Shown here: positions 10,210-18,331 of the stretch, one piece after another
How the letters are laid out: each line of letters opens with the position of its first letter
Numbering within the stretch: position 1 is the stretch's first letter
From: Candidatus Saccharimonadota bacterium
GTDB lineage: Bacteria > Pseudomonadota > Gammaproteobacteria > Enterobacterales > Enterobacteriaceae
Length of the DNA: 32,000 nt
Assembly: GCA_049942775.1 (NCBI GenBank)
Contig: CP188087.1
Coordinates: 300,001-332,000, forward strand
Direction of reading: 5' to 3'
Notes under the pieces: generated by a model
Database searches by the model: none
Told to the model about the DNA's origin: nothing
The model's input: only the letters and a program-made list of their open reading frames with translations
Made by a program: the position numbers and the translations under genes

Positions 10210-10293
10210 TACCCGGAGCGGGACTTGAACCCGCAAAGCTAAAAAGCCGAGGGATTTTAAGTCCCTTGTGTCTACCAATTTCACCATCCGGGC
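10210..10293 (-). tRNA. leuZ: tRNA-Leu (anticodon UAA), type II with long variable arm; no encoded CCA
   Basis: The reverse complement reads GCCCGGATGGTGAAATTGGTAGACACAAGGGACTTAAAATCCCTCGGCTTTTTAGCTTTGCGGGTTCAAGTCCCGCTCCGGGTA. Acceptor GCCCGGA pairs with TCCGGGT. The anticodon loop is CTTAAAA. It is near-identical in its arms to E. coli leuZ. This is one of the few GC-rich islands in the window. Confidence 0.95.
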
Positions 10294-10312
10294 TTTTCCT
10301 AACGTTTTTACA

Positions 10313-10383
10313 AGACGCATCCCGGAATCGAACCGAGTTGTTCGGATTTGCAATCCGATGCATAACCAATCTGCCAACGCGTC
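10313..10383 (-). tRNA. cysT: tRNA-Cys (anticodon GCA), discriminator U73; no encoded CCA
   Basis: The reverse complement reads GACGCGTTGGCAGATTGGTTATGCATCGGATTGCAAATCCGAACAACTCGGTTCGATTCCGGGATGCGTCT. Anticodon stem TCGGA/TCCGA with loop TTGCAAA. T arm is CTCGG-TTCGATT-CCGGG. The cysT-leuZ order matches the E. coli glyW-cysT-leuZ operon, but glyW is absent here. Confidence 0.93.
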
Positions 10384-10392
10384 TTTAGGTTA

Positions 10393-10421
10393 ATAATAAA
10401 TAAAAATCAGTTATTTATCAA
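10393..10421 (-). promoter_or_regulatory. Candidate sigma70 promoter for the cysT-leuZ tRNA operon
   Basis: On the minus strand the sequence reads TTGATA (plus 10421-10416), then 17 nt, then TATTAT (plus 10398-10393). The -10 ends 9 nt before the mature tRNA-Cys 5' end. Each hexamer matches the consensus at 5 of 6 positions with optimal spacing. AT-rich background produces many -10-like hexamers, which limits confidence. Confidence 0.5.
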
Positions 10422-10470
10422 GATAAACATCTTATATATTTTAAAAATTTTACAAAAAAAAACAAATTCT

Positions 10471-10499
10471 TTGTTTTTTTAATTTTTAGATGATATAAT
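10471..10499 (+). promoter_or_regulatory. Candidate extended -10 sigma70 promoter for tRNA-Ser
   Basis: TTGTTT (10471-10476), then 17 nt, then perfect TATAAT (10494-10499) preceded by TGn (10491-10493), i.e. TGATATAAT. The -10 ends 32 nt upstream of the tRNA-Ser 5' end, which implies a leader of about 26 nt. Confidence 0.5.
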
Positions 10500-10531
10500 A
10501 AACTTTGATTTTTAATTAAATTTTAAAAAAT

Positions 10532-10616
10532 GGAGGGGTGGCTGAGTGGTTTAAAGCAGCGGTCTTGAAAACCGCCGATGAGAAATCATCCGAGAGTTCG
10601 AATCCCTCCCCCTCCA
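10532..10616 (+). tRNA. serT: tRNA-Ser (anticodon UGA), type II; discriminator A; no encoded CCA
   Basis: Sequence GGAGGGGTGGCTGAGTGGTTTAAAGCAGCGGTCTTGAAAACCGCCGATGAGAAATCATCCGAGAGTTCGAATCCCTCCCCCTCCA. Acceptor GGAGGGG pairs with CCCCTCC. Anticodon stem GCGGT/ACCGC with loop CTTGAAA. Variable arm is GATGA-GAAA-TCATC. The T stem has one A.C mismatch. Confidence 0.92.
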
Positions 10617-10630
10617 AAAATAATACTAGT

Positions 10631-10671
10631 AATAATAAAAATCAAATTCTTGTTGTACGGATATAGAATTT
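10631..10671 (-). terminator. Candidate intrinsic terminator downstream of flgA (weak, AT-rich stem)
   Basis: A 7-bp stem, AAATTCT (10644-10650) with AGAATTT (10665-10671), and a 14-nt loop. It starts 9 nt after the flgA stop. On the minus strand it is followed by GATTTTTATTATT. The stem has only one G:C pair, so stability is low. Confidence 0.3.
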
Positions 10672-10679
10672 TAAAAACA

Positions 10680-11399
10680 TTACATATTTCTTAAGAAAAC
10701 AACTTCCCCTTCTTCATTTACCACTCCTTCTATAATAGTTTTGCTATTAGTTCCAATAGCAACATTAACGATATCTTTTTCATAAGCATTTCTTAATGCT
10801 TTTCCTTGAGTAATAATTACAAAATTTTCACCTAAAAAGATTACTGAAACAGATTGGCTTATACATATTTTCCATGGCTTTCTAACCATTGATAATGTAA
10901 TTGGTTCCCCTATAGAAATATTTTTAGAACTAATTTTATCTAATACCTGATCGTCTTTAAAACAAACATCTAATGGTAAATCTTCTAAATTTCCAATTTT
11001 AGTGGTTAAATCTGATTTCGAAATTTTTTTACCTAATTTAATTTTTGAACTTGATACTATATATCTTCCTTTTGAACTTACTTTAACAAAAATATTCTGA
11101 TAAGTATCGTTACAAAAAACTCTTGCAGTTATGTTTCCTAAAATTGGAGAATTAGGATATAAAACAACTTTAGGAAAATTACAAAAATTTTTAATTTTAG
11201 AAAAATTTTTAATTTTTACTGAAGTAGAATTATTATTAAGAACGTTTCTTTTCTTAAAAAAAGAAATGATTTTTTCATAAAAATCATTTCTTTTATCACA
11301 AAAATTTGTATGACTATCATTTTTTTTACTATCTATTTTAGCTTGAACATCACATAAAAAAAAAGAAAAAAAGAAAATAAAATATAAAATATTTTTCAT
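10680..11399 (-). CDS. flgA: Flagellar P-ring assembly chaperone FlgA
   Basis: 239 aa. Signal peptide MKNILYFIFFFSFFLCDVQA. The C-terminal half (RKPWKICISQSVSVIF...GKALRNAYEKDIVNVAIG...IIEGVVNEEGEVV) aligns with E. coli FlgA (RQAWRVKAGQRVNVIA...GQALNNAAVAQNARVRM...VVSGVVDADGNIL). Divergent from flgB, as in enterics. Confidence 0.85.
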   Translation of the reverse strand: MKNILYFIFFFSFFLCDVQAKIDSKKNDSHTNFCDKRNDFYEKIISFFKKRNVLNNNSTSVKIKNFSKIKNFCNFPKVVLYPNSPILGNITARVFCNDTYQNIFVKVSSKGRYIVSSSKIKLGKKISKSDLTTKIGNLEDLPLDVCFKDDQVLDKISSKNISIGEPITLSMVRKPWKICISQSVSVIFLGENFVIITQGKALRNAYEKDIVNVAIGTNSKTIIEGVVNEEGEVVFLRNM

Positions 11400-11541
11400 A
11401 TTAATTTACCTCACAACATTATCTAATTTTTTTTCTAAAAAAATAAATCTTAACCTGGTATTGATAGATACTACCCATTCATATTAATATGTTAATGTTT
11501 AAATAAATACTTTTTTTCTATTGAAAGAGGTTATTCAAAAA

Positions 11542-11934
11542 ATGTTCTCTGGAATTCAAAATTTTTTTCAAATGAGTGAAATAGCTTTAACAATAAGAGC
11601 ATTGAGACAAGAAATGTTAGCAACAAATATTGCTAATTCAGAAACTGCTAATTATAAATCAAAAGATATTGATTTTAATGAAACTATGAAAAACATTAAG
11701 AATCATAAAAAAAAGTTTAACTTTTTAGCAACAAAATCTAACAAAAATTTTTATAAAAATATAATCCCGTATCTAAAAATACATACTACATCTAAAAATA
11801 TAAATAAAAAAAATAATACAGTAGACATGAATAAAGAAAGAATAAAATTTACAGAGAATGCTATCCAATATCAAATTTTATTAACTATTTTAAATTCTCA
11901 AATTAAAAACATATCTACTGCTATAAAAGGATAA
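11542..11934 (+). CDS. flgB: Flagellar proximal rod protein FlgB
   Basis: The ORF track starts at TTG 11521. I prefer ATG 11542, which has AAAGAGG at 11524-11530 as a Shine-Dalgarno and aligns better with the E. coli FlgB N-terminus. Axial-protein signature ATNIANSETANYKSKDIDF. C-terminus NTVDMNKERIKFTENAIQYQ. Confidence 0.9.
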   Translation: MFSGIQNFFQMSEIALTIRALRQEMLATNIANSETANYKSKDIDFNETMKNIKNHKKKFNFLATKSNKNFYKNIIPYLKIHTTSKNINKKNNTVDMNKERIKFTENAIQYQILLTILNSQIKNISTAIKG

Positions 11935-11941
11935 ACAAATT

Positions 11942-12352
11942 ATGTCATTATCAAATATATTTTACATAGCTGGTTCAGCTATGGAAGCACAAGAAAAAAA
12001 AATAAATGTTATTTCTACAAATATAGCAAATGTAGATAGCATAATTACAAAAAATGGAAAATCATATCCATACATTGCAAAAAAAGTAATACTGAAATTT
12101 AATAGTAAAAATAATTATATTGGAGGAGTTAAAATAGACAAAATAGTAAATTCTTCAGAAAAATTCAAAAAAACATATGAACCTAATAATCCTTTATCAG
12201 ACAAAGATGGTTTTTTAAAAAAATCTAACGTTAATATTGTTTCTGAAATCATAGAAAGTATTTCAGCATCAAGAAATTATCAGGCTAACGTGGAAGTAGC
12301 TAACACTGCTAAGTCACTGTTAATGAAAACTATTTCTATAGGTAAATATTAA
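11942..12352 (+). CDS. flgC: Flagellar proximal rod protein FlgC
   Basis: 136 aa versus 134 in E. coli. Shows MSLSNIFYIAGSAM, STNIANVDS, GGVKI, YEPNNPLSDKDGF and SASRNYQANVEVANTAKSLLMKT. Confidence 0.95.
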   Translation: MSLSNIFYIAGSAMEAQEKKINVISTNIANVDSIITKNGKSYPYIAKKVILKFNSKNNYIGGVKIDKIVNSSEKFKKTYEPNNPLSDKDGFLKKSNVNIVSEIIESISASRNYQANVEVANTAKSLLMKTISIGKY

Positions 12353-12389
12353 TTTTAAATTCTAAAATTTACAGATATAGGTAAAAATA

Positions 12390-13046
12390 ATGATTAATAC
12401 TGATATTAATACAAAATTTAATTTGATTAATAAAAAAATTTTTCTAAAGAAAAAAAATTATAATGAAATATTGCAAAAAGATTTTATTAATTTATTGATT
12501 ACTCAAATAAAAAACCAAGATCCAATAAATCCAATAAAAAATTCAGAATTAATCAATCAATTAGCAGTCATCAAAACTAATAGTAATCTTGAAAAAATAA
12601 ATAATCAGATAGAACAAATAAAAGAAAAAAATAAAATAAATAATATTTTTAACATGTCATCATTAATTGGAAAAAAAATATTGGTTCCTAGTATAAAATT
12701 TAAAAAAGTTAAAAATATGAATTTATTTTATGGAATTGAACTGTTCAAAGATACAAAGATGGTAAATTTAGAAATTGTTGATATTACAAATAGAAACAAT
12801 AAATTTATAAAACATTTAAAAAATATGAAAAAGGGGATTCATTTCTTATCTATGGATGAAAAAAATTTTGAATTACCAGTTGGAACTTACGAAATTAAAA
12901 TAGATGAAGACAACAACAGTCCAAAAATAGGAACGATGTTAAATTATTCTGTTATACAAGGAATTACGAATCCTTCAAAAGAACCAATCATTAATTTAAG
13001 TAACAAAAAAAATGTCGATTTAAGCGATATTAAAAAAATTTTTTAA
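12390..13046 (+). CDS. flgD: Flagellar hook-capping (hook assembly) protein FlgD
   Basis: 218 aa. FINLLITQIKNQDPINPIKNSELINQLAVI corresponds to E. coli FLTLLVAQLKNQDPTNPLQNNELTTQLAQI. The rest is strongly diverged and rich in K, N and I. Confidence 0.88.
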   Translation: MINTDINTKFNLINKKIFLKKKNYNEILQKDFINLLITQIKNQDPINPIKNSELINQLAVIKTNSNLEKINNQIEQIKEKNKINNIFNMSSLIGKKILVPSIKFKKVKNMNLFYGIELFKDTKMVNLEIVDITNRNNKFIKHLKNMKKGIHFLSMDEKNFELPVGTYEIKIDEDNNSPKIGTMLNYSVIQGITNPSKEPIINLSNKKNVDLSDIKKIF

Positions 13047-13096
13047 AAAAAATGATATTTATCGTTTATAAAATCAATTTTAGAGGTATAAATTAT

Positions 13097-14338
13097 ATGA
13101 TTTTTTCAACATATATGAATACATTAAAGATGTTTAATGAAAAAATTAATTTAATTGAAAAAAACATATCTAATGCTAATTCAAACAATGGATATAAAAA
13201 AGAAAAATTAGAATTCAATGATATCTTTCCAAAAAATACAGACTTCAATAAATTAAACATCGGATCAGGAATTGTATTAAAAAAAAATAATCAAACAGAC
13301 TTTTCTATAGGAAAAAAAAAAAAAACTGGGAAAAGTTTAGATTTTTTTATTAATAATAAAAATGGATTTTTTAAAATACAAGATTCTTCAAATTCTATTT
13401 TTTATACTAAAAATGGTCATTTTTTTCTTGATGAAAATAAAAACATTGTTAATGATAATGGAATGCATTTAATTGGATACATTGAAAATAATAAAAATGA
13501 CAACCAAAATCTTAAAATGCATCCAATTAGTTTAAAAGAAATAAATAAAACTATGGAAGCAAAAAAAACTAATAAACTAAATTTGAAAGCGACATTAATT
13601 GATATAGAAAAAATAAAAAAAAATAATTTTTTTCCTGATAAAATTGAAACCTATAATTTTAAAAAAACCGAATTAGTTTTTGATAAAAGAGGTAGAATTC
13701 ATCATATAGGATTATATTTTAAAAAAATATCTCAAAATGTATGGCTTCTGTATCCTATTGATGAAACAGAAGGGAAAAATGTAAAATCAAAAAGAATTCT
13801 ATTAGAATTTGATATGAACAGAACAATTAACGACACAGATCCAGAAGATGTCAGATTAGCTTCATTAGATAATCAACTTGAGGAAGAAGAATTTTTTGAA
13901 ATATATAAAGATAATGTATCTTTAAAAAATTTAAATAAAAGAGATGATTTCAGTTTTTCAACACAAGATGGATATCCTACTGGAAACTTATATAAGTTTA
14001 ATATCGAAAACAATGGAAATATTATTGCTAGTTATGATAATAATAAAAAAAGAATAATTGGTAAAATTCCAACAATTAATTTTTATAACTTAAATGTATT
14101 AGAAAAATCAGGAAACGATTTTTGGTCAATTAAAAAAAATTGGGATAAAAGAAAAGTAAAAACCTCAATTGACAATAGCAATAATACATTTGATATAGGA
14201 TCGTTGGAATCTTCTAATGTTGATATAAAAAATGAATTATCTAATTTGATAGAAGCACAAAAAAATTATCGATCTGTTGCGAAATCAATGCAAATACAAG
14301 ATAAAATGATTGAAACACTACTTAATGATATGAAATAA
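13097..14338 (+). CDS. flgE: Flagellar hook protein FlgE
   Basis: I moved the start from ATG 13052 to ATG 13097. AGAGG lies at 13082-13086, and MIFSTYMNTLK aligns with E. coli MAFSQAVSGLN. Shows NISNANSNNGYK, FFKIQDSSNSIFYTKNGHFFLDENKNIVNDNGMHLIGY and C-terminal SSNVDIKNELSNLIEAQKNYRS. Contains an in-frame A14 at 13312-13325. Confidence 0.9.
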   Translation: MIFSTYMNTLKMFNEKINLIEKNISNANSNNGYKKEKLEFNDIFPKNTDFNKLNIGSGIVLKKNNQTDFSIGKKKKTGKSLDFFINNKNGFFKIQDSSNSIFYTKNGHFFLDENKNIVNDNGMHLIGYIENNKNDNQNLKMHPISLKEINKTMEAKKTNKLNLKATLIDIEKIKKNNFFPDKIETYNFKKTELVFDKRGRIHHIGLYFKKISQNVWLLYPIDETEGKNVKSKRILLEFDMNRTINDTDPEDVRLASLDNQLEEEEFFEIYKDNVSLKNLNKRDDFSFSTQDGYPTGNLYKFNIENNGNIIASYDNNKKRIIGKIPTINFYNLNVLEKSGNDFWSIKKNWDKRKVKTSIDNSNNTFDIGSLESSNVDIKNELSNLIEAQKNYRSVAKSMQIQDKMIETLLNDMK

Positions 14339-14360
14339 AACAATTTTTAGAGAATATAAG

Positions 14361-15125
14361 ATGAATAATACAATTAATAATTCTATATTGTCAGTTAATA
14401 GAATATTAAAAAAATCAGAAATCTTAGCTAATAATTTAGCTAACGTATCCACTTCTGGTTTTAAATCTCAACTGAGAACCATTTTGAACTTTCCTATTAA
14501 TAATGGTAAAATATCTAAATCTAGTTCTCGTTCTTTTTTATTAAATCTTCCAAAATATGATTTTTCTAACGGACTTATAAAAGATACACATGATCCTATG
14601 AATTTAGCAATAAAAGATGAAGGTTGGTTCGTAGTTAAAGATAAAAAAAATAAAGAGCTATATACTAGAAATGGTAGATTAGAAATCAATAATTCTGGAA
14701 AGATTACTATTAATCAATATAGTTTAATGGACTGTAATGGAAATTCTATTTATGTTCCAATTAATTGTACTCCAACTGTTTCTACAGATGGAACAGTTAC
14801 AATAATTCGTTACGACAAAAATAGAGAATATCAACAAAAGATAGGAAAAATAAAAATAGTAAATATAAATATTTCAAAAATAACAAAAAATAAGAATGGT
14901 TTTTTTGAGTTATCAGAAAAAATAAAAAAAAATAAAAAAAATTTTTTTATAAAAAACAAGAAACCAAAGTTGATTCAAGGAGCATTAGAAGATAGTAACG
15001 TGAATTTAACAGAAAATCTCGTGGAAATGATTGATAATACTAGACAATTTGAAATGCAAATGAAAATGATTCATTTATGCGATGAAAATGAACAAAAAGC
15101 CAATTCCATATTGGTAAACTATTAA
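14361..15125 (+). CDS. flgF: Flagellar proximal rod protein FlgF
   Basis: 254 aa versus 251 in E. coli. Shows [23 protein letters not shown] and C-terminal DSNVNLTENLVEMIDNTRQFEMQMKMI. Confidence 0.93.
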   Translation: MNNTINNSILSVNRILKKSEILANNLANVSTSGFKSQLRTILNFPINNGKISKSSSRSFLLNLPKYDFSNGLIKDTHDPMNLAIKDEGWFVVKDKKNKELYTRNGRLEINNSGKITINQYSLMDCNGNSIYVPINCTPTVSTDGTVTIIRYDKNREYQQKIGKIKIVNINISKITKNKNGFFELSEKIKKNKKNFFIKNKKPKLIQGALEDSNVNLTENLVEMIDNTRQFEMQMKMIHLCDENEQKANSILVNY

Positions 15126-15150
15126 ATTATAATAGAGAGAGAAAAAAAAT

Positions 15151-15933
15151 ATGATTCCATCTTTATGGATAGCAAAAACTGGTTTAGATGCACAACAAAT
15201 AAATATGGACGTAATATCTAATAATTTAGCAAATGTTAGTACAAATGGATTCAAACGATCACGTGCTGTTTTTGAAGACCTTATGTATCAAACTATTCAA
15301 CAACCTGGTTCTAAATTAGAAAATGACGGGAATATTCCAAATAGTTTACAAATTGGAACAGGAGTAAGACCAGTCTCAACAAAAAAAATTCATACTCAAG
15401 GTAATTTAGCTAAAACAGATTCAAATAAGGATTTATCTATTAGTGGAGTAGGTTTTTTTCAAATAAAACTTCCAGACGGGAGTACAGCATATACAAGGGA
15501 TGGATCTTTCGAAATAAATCAAGACGGAAAACTTGTTAATAATTCCGGATTTGTTATACAACCATCGATAGTAATTCCACCTAATGCGCTTTCTATAAAC
15601 GTAAGTAGAGATGGTTCTGTTTCTTATAATGTAGAACAAGAAATAAGCAGTGCTCCAGCAGGACAAATTAATCTAGTGAATTTTATAAATAATGGTGGAT
15701 TATCTAACATTGGAGAAAACATGTTTAAAGAAACAATATCTTCAGGACCACCTATGGAAGGTTTACCAGGACAAAATGGATTAGGAACAATAAACCAAGG
15801 TTATATAGAAACTTCAAATGTTAATGTAGCAGAAGAACTAGTAAATATGATTCAAACTCAACGAGCTTACGAAATTAATAGTAAATCAATAAATAGTTCT
15901 GATCAAATGTTGCAAAAATTAAGTCAACTATAA
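15151..15933 (+). CDS. flgG: Flagellar distal rod protein FlgG
   Basis: 260 aa, the same length as in E. coli, and the best-conserved flg product here. Shows [45 protein letters not shown] and [25 protein letters not shown]. Confidence 0.97.
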   Translation: MIPSLWIAKTGLDAQQINMDVISNNLANVSTNGFKRSRAVFEDLMYQTIQQPGSKLENDGNIPNSLQIGTGVRPVSTKKIHTQGNLAKTDSNKDLSISGVGFFQIKLPDGSTAYTRDGSFEINQDGKLVNNSGFVIQPSIVIPPNALSINVSRDGSVSYNVEQEISSAPAGQINLVNFINNGGLSNIGENMFKETISSGPPMEGLPGQNGLGTINQGYIETSNVNVAEELVNMIQTQRAYEINSKSINSSDQMLQKLSQL

Positions 15934-16006
15934 TTATTAAATCAATTTAAGAAAAATATTTATAAAAAAATATTTTTACAACAAATTACTAAAAAGGTAT
16001 TTAATT

Positions 16007-16696
16007 GTGAATAAATATTCTTTAAAGTTAAAGAACTACAATTTTTTTTTTATAATAGTAATTATGTCTCTTTTACATGGATGTTCTTCTGTTCCGAACA
16101 GTAAATTACTAAAGCATTCAAAAAAACATTCTACTTATGAAAGTCAAGAAAAATCAAATTTTGTTAAAAACGGTAATTTATCTTTGTTTGAAGATTATCA
16201 ACCACATAATATTGGTGATACTATGACTGTTGTATTAGAAGAAAATGTTAGCACTAGTAACAGTTCTTCAGAAAATATAGCTAAAGCAGGTGATAGTCAT
16301 CTTTCTATAACTCCTTTTTTAAATCCCATTGGTATAATTCATAAAAAAAACATTAACAAAAATGAATTTAACGGAGAAACAAAAAATAATTATTCTGGTT
16401 TAGGAAATTCTACTACTAAAAATGTATTAGAAGGAGTAATTACAGTAATAATTAATGAAATATTACCAAATGGAAATTTAAAAGTTGAAGGAGAAAAAAG
16501 AATAACAATAAATCAGGGAACAGAATATATAAAATTTACTGGAATAGTTAATCCAAGAACTATTGATAGAAACAATTCTGTGGCTTCAAAGCAAATTGCC
16601 AATGCTAACATAGAATATGTTACTAACGATTATGTAAGTTCAATAAATGGTATGGGTTGGTTACAGCGTTGGTTCTTTAAAATCTGGCCTTTATAA
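16007..16696 (+). CDS. flgH: Flagellar L-ring lipoprotein FlgH
   Basis: GTG start at 16007 with AAGG 9 nt upstream. This start gives a proper lipoprotein signal (n-region K, h-region FFFIIVIMSLL, lipobox LHGC). Conserved NIGDTMTVVLEENVS, LPNGNLKVEGEKRITINQGTEYIKFTGIVNPRTI and MGWLQRWF. Confidence 0.94.
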   Translation: MNKYSLKLKNYNFFFIIVIMSLLHGCSSVPNSKLLKHSKKHSTYESQEKSNFVKNGNLSLFEDYQPHNIGDTMTVVLEENVSTSNSSSENIAKAGDSHLSITPFLNPIGIIHKKNINKNEFNGETKNNYSGLGNSTTKNVLEGVITVIINEILPNGNLKVEGEKRITINQGTEYIKFTGIVNPRTIDRNNSVASKQIANANIEYVTNDYVSSINGMGWLQRWFFKIWPL

Positions 16697-16749
16697 AATT
16701 TTATAAAATAAAACTTATTAATTTTTTTTAATGCTTTTAAATAAAAAAC

Positions 16750-16781
16750 AACTAACATTAATTTAAAATTAAATGTTAGTT
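16750..16781. repeat. Inverted repeat/hairpin in the unusually long flgH-flgI spacer
   Basis: AACTAACATT (16750-16759) pairs perfectly with AATGTTAGTT (16772-16781). The pairing extends to about 14 bp with one bulged A. A second hairpin, TTTTTAG(16791-16797)/CTAAAAA(16804-16810), follows. The function is unknown. Confidence 0.4.
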
Positions 16782-16841
16782 TAAAAAAAATTTTTAGCAA
16801 AAACTAAAAAAAATTAGTTAAATTTTTTATTAGGAAAATTT

Positions 16842-17939
16842 ATGACAAAAAATACATTTTTGAAAGTTTGCATAATTCTATTATCTACTTTTATTGCTGT
16901 TCCTTCATATGCTGATAAAATCAGGGATATAACTACAATACAGGGATTTCAAGAAAATAAACTTATAGGTTATGGGTTAGTAGTTGGTTTAAACGGTACA
17001 GGAGATGAAACTAGACAATCTCCGGTTACCAATCAAAGTTTATCTGGAATGTTATCTAGACTAGGAATATCTGTTTCGTCTAGTTCGAAAATGAATCCAA
17101 AAAATACTGCTGCTGTAATGGTAACAGCAACTTTGCCTAATTTTAGTTATATTGGACAAAAAATGGATGTTCACGTTTCTTCTATTGGAACAGCAAAAAG
17201 TTTAGAAGGTGGAACCCTTCTAATGACACCATTACGAGCAAGTGATAATAAAATTTATGCTACTACACAGGGACAAGTTTTAATCAAAGAACAAAAAAAC
17301 AAAAACATTAATTTTTTTTATTTTCAATTTCAAAAACAAAACTCTAATTCAGGTAAAATTATTTTAGGAGCTACTGTACAAAGAAAAATGAATCATAAAA
17401 TTGCATTAGAAGATGGTTCGATTTATTTAAGATTAAACGAAGAAGATTTTTCAACTGCTCAAAAAATTAGTGATTGTATTAATGCAAATATTTTTAACAT
17501 TTCAACTCCTATTGATGCAAGAACTATAAAAGTTACTATTTCTAAAAATCCAACTGAACAAATTAAAATGATATCTAAAATACAAAATATTGATGTTTTT
17601 ATGCCAGTAAAAGATGCAAAAATAATTATAAATTCTAAAACAGGAACTGTTGTTTCTAATGGAGACATAAAAATAAATTCTTGTAATTTATCACATAAAA
17701 AAATGTCAATTATAGTAAATGAAAAATTAAAAAAAAATTATAAGCAAAACGTAGATCTTTTTATAAAAGATAAGAATTATTCAATTAACAAAGAAAATAA
17801 GTTTAATGCATATAATAGTAACTTAATAAATATAATACGAGCATTACAATCTTTAGGAACCTTACCAGAAGAACTGATTTTTATTTTAAAATCGATGAAA
17901 AATGCTGGTTGTATAAACGCTAAATTAGAGATCCTATGA
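16842..17939 (+). CDS. flgI: Flagellar P-ring protein FlgI
   Basis: 365 aa, as in E. coli. Signal peptide ends ...VPSYA|DKIRDITTIQG (E. coli ADRIKDIASMQG). Shows GYGLVVGLNGTGD, NTAAVMVTATLP and GGTLLMTPL. AGGA Shine-Dalgarno at 16832-16835. The TGA stop overlaps the flgJ ATG (ATGA). Confidence 0.96.
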   Translation: MTKNTFLKVCIILLSTFIAVPSYADKIRDITTIQGFQENKLIGYGLVVGLNGTGDETRQSPVTNQSLSGMLSRLGISVSSSSKMNPKNTAAVMVTATLPNFSYIGQKMDVHVSSIGTAKSLEGGTLLMTPLRASDNKIYATTQGQVLIKEQKNKNINFFYFQFQKQNSNSGKIILGATVQRKMNHKIALEDGSIYLRLNEEDFSTAQKISDCINANIFNISTPIDARTIKVTISKNPTEQIKMISKIQNIDVFMPVKDAKIIINSKTGTVVSNGDIKINSCNLSHKKMSIIVNEKLKKNYKQNVDLFIKDKNYSINKENKFNAYNSNLINIIRALQSLGTLPEELIFILKSMKNAGCINAKLEIL

Positions 17940-18274
17940 TGATGAAAAATAATTATGTATTACCAATTAAAGACTCAATTGAGTATAATCATTATTCAAA
18001 AAATAGATTAAATATTTTTGAAAAAAAAATTAATACAGGAACCAACAAAGATTTAGAAATAGGGAAAATGATCGAAGGATTATTTATACAAATAATATTA
18101 AAAGAATCTTGTTCAGAATATTCAAGTTCTGAATCACTTTTTAGCAATGATCAAGAAAAAATGTATACAGAAATATATCATGGAGCAATCTCACAAATTG
18201 TTTCAAATAAAGGATTAGGACTAGCTCCAATAATTGAAAAACAATTAAAAATGTCTAAAAAATTAAATGTTTAA
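17936..18274 (+). CDS. flgJ: FlgJ, rod-binding N-terminal domain only (no muramidase domain)
   Basis: 112 aa. IGKMIEGLFIQIILKE...LFSNDQEKMYTEIYHGAISQIVSNKGLGLAPIIEKQL aligns with E. coli FlgJ residues ~40-100 (VARQVEGMFVQMMLKS...LFSSEHTRLYTSMYDQQIAQQMTAGKGLGLAEMLVKQM). The ORF stops at 18274, only 57 nt before flgK. Confidence 0.85.
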   Translation: MMMKNNYVLPIKDSIEYNHYSKNRLNIFEKKINTGTNKDLEIGKMIEGLFIQIILKESCSEYSSSESLFSNDQEKMYTEIYHGAISQIVSNKGLGLAPIIEKQLKMSKKLNV

Positions 18275-18331
18275 AAAAATATTAAAAATAAATATAACTT
18301 AAGAATATTTTTATTTTTTTTTGGAATTATT

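Noticed and set aside
10172-10388. Three 60-65-aa ORFs (both strands) over the GC-rich island
   Set aside because: The island is fully explained by tRNA-Leu and tRNA-Cys. The ORFs exist only because tRNA sequence lacks stop codons.
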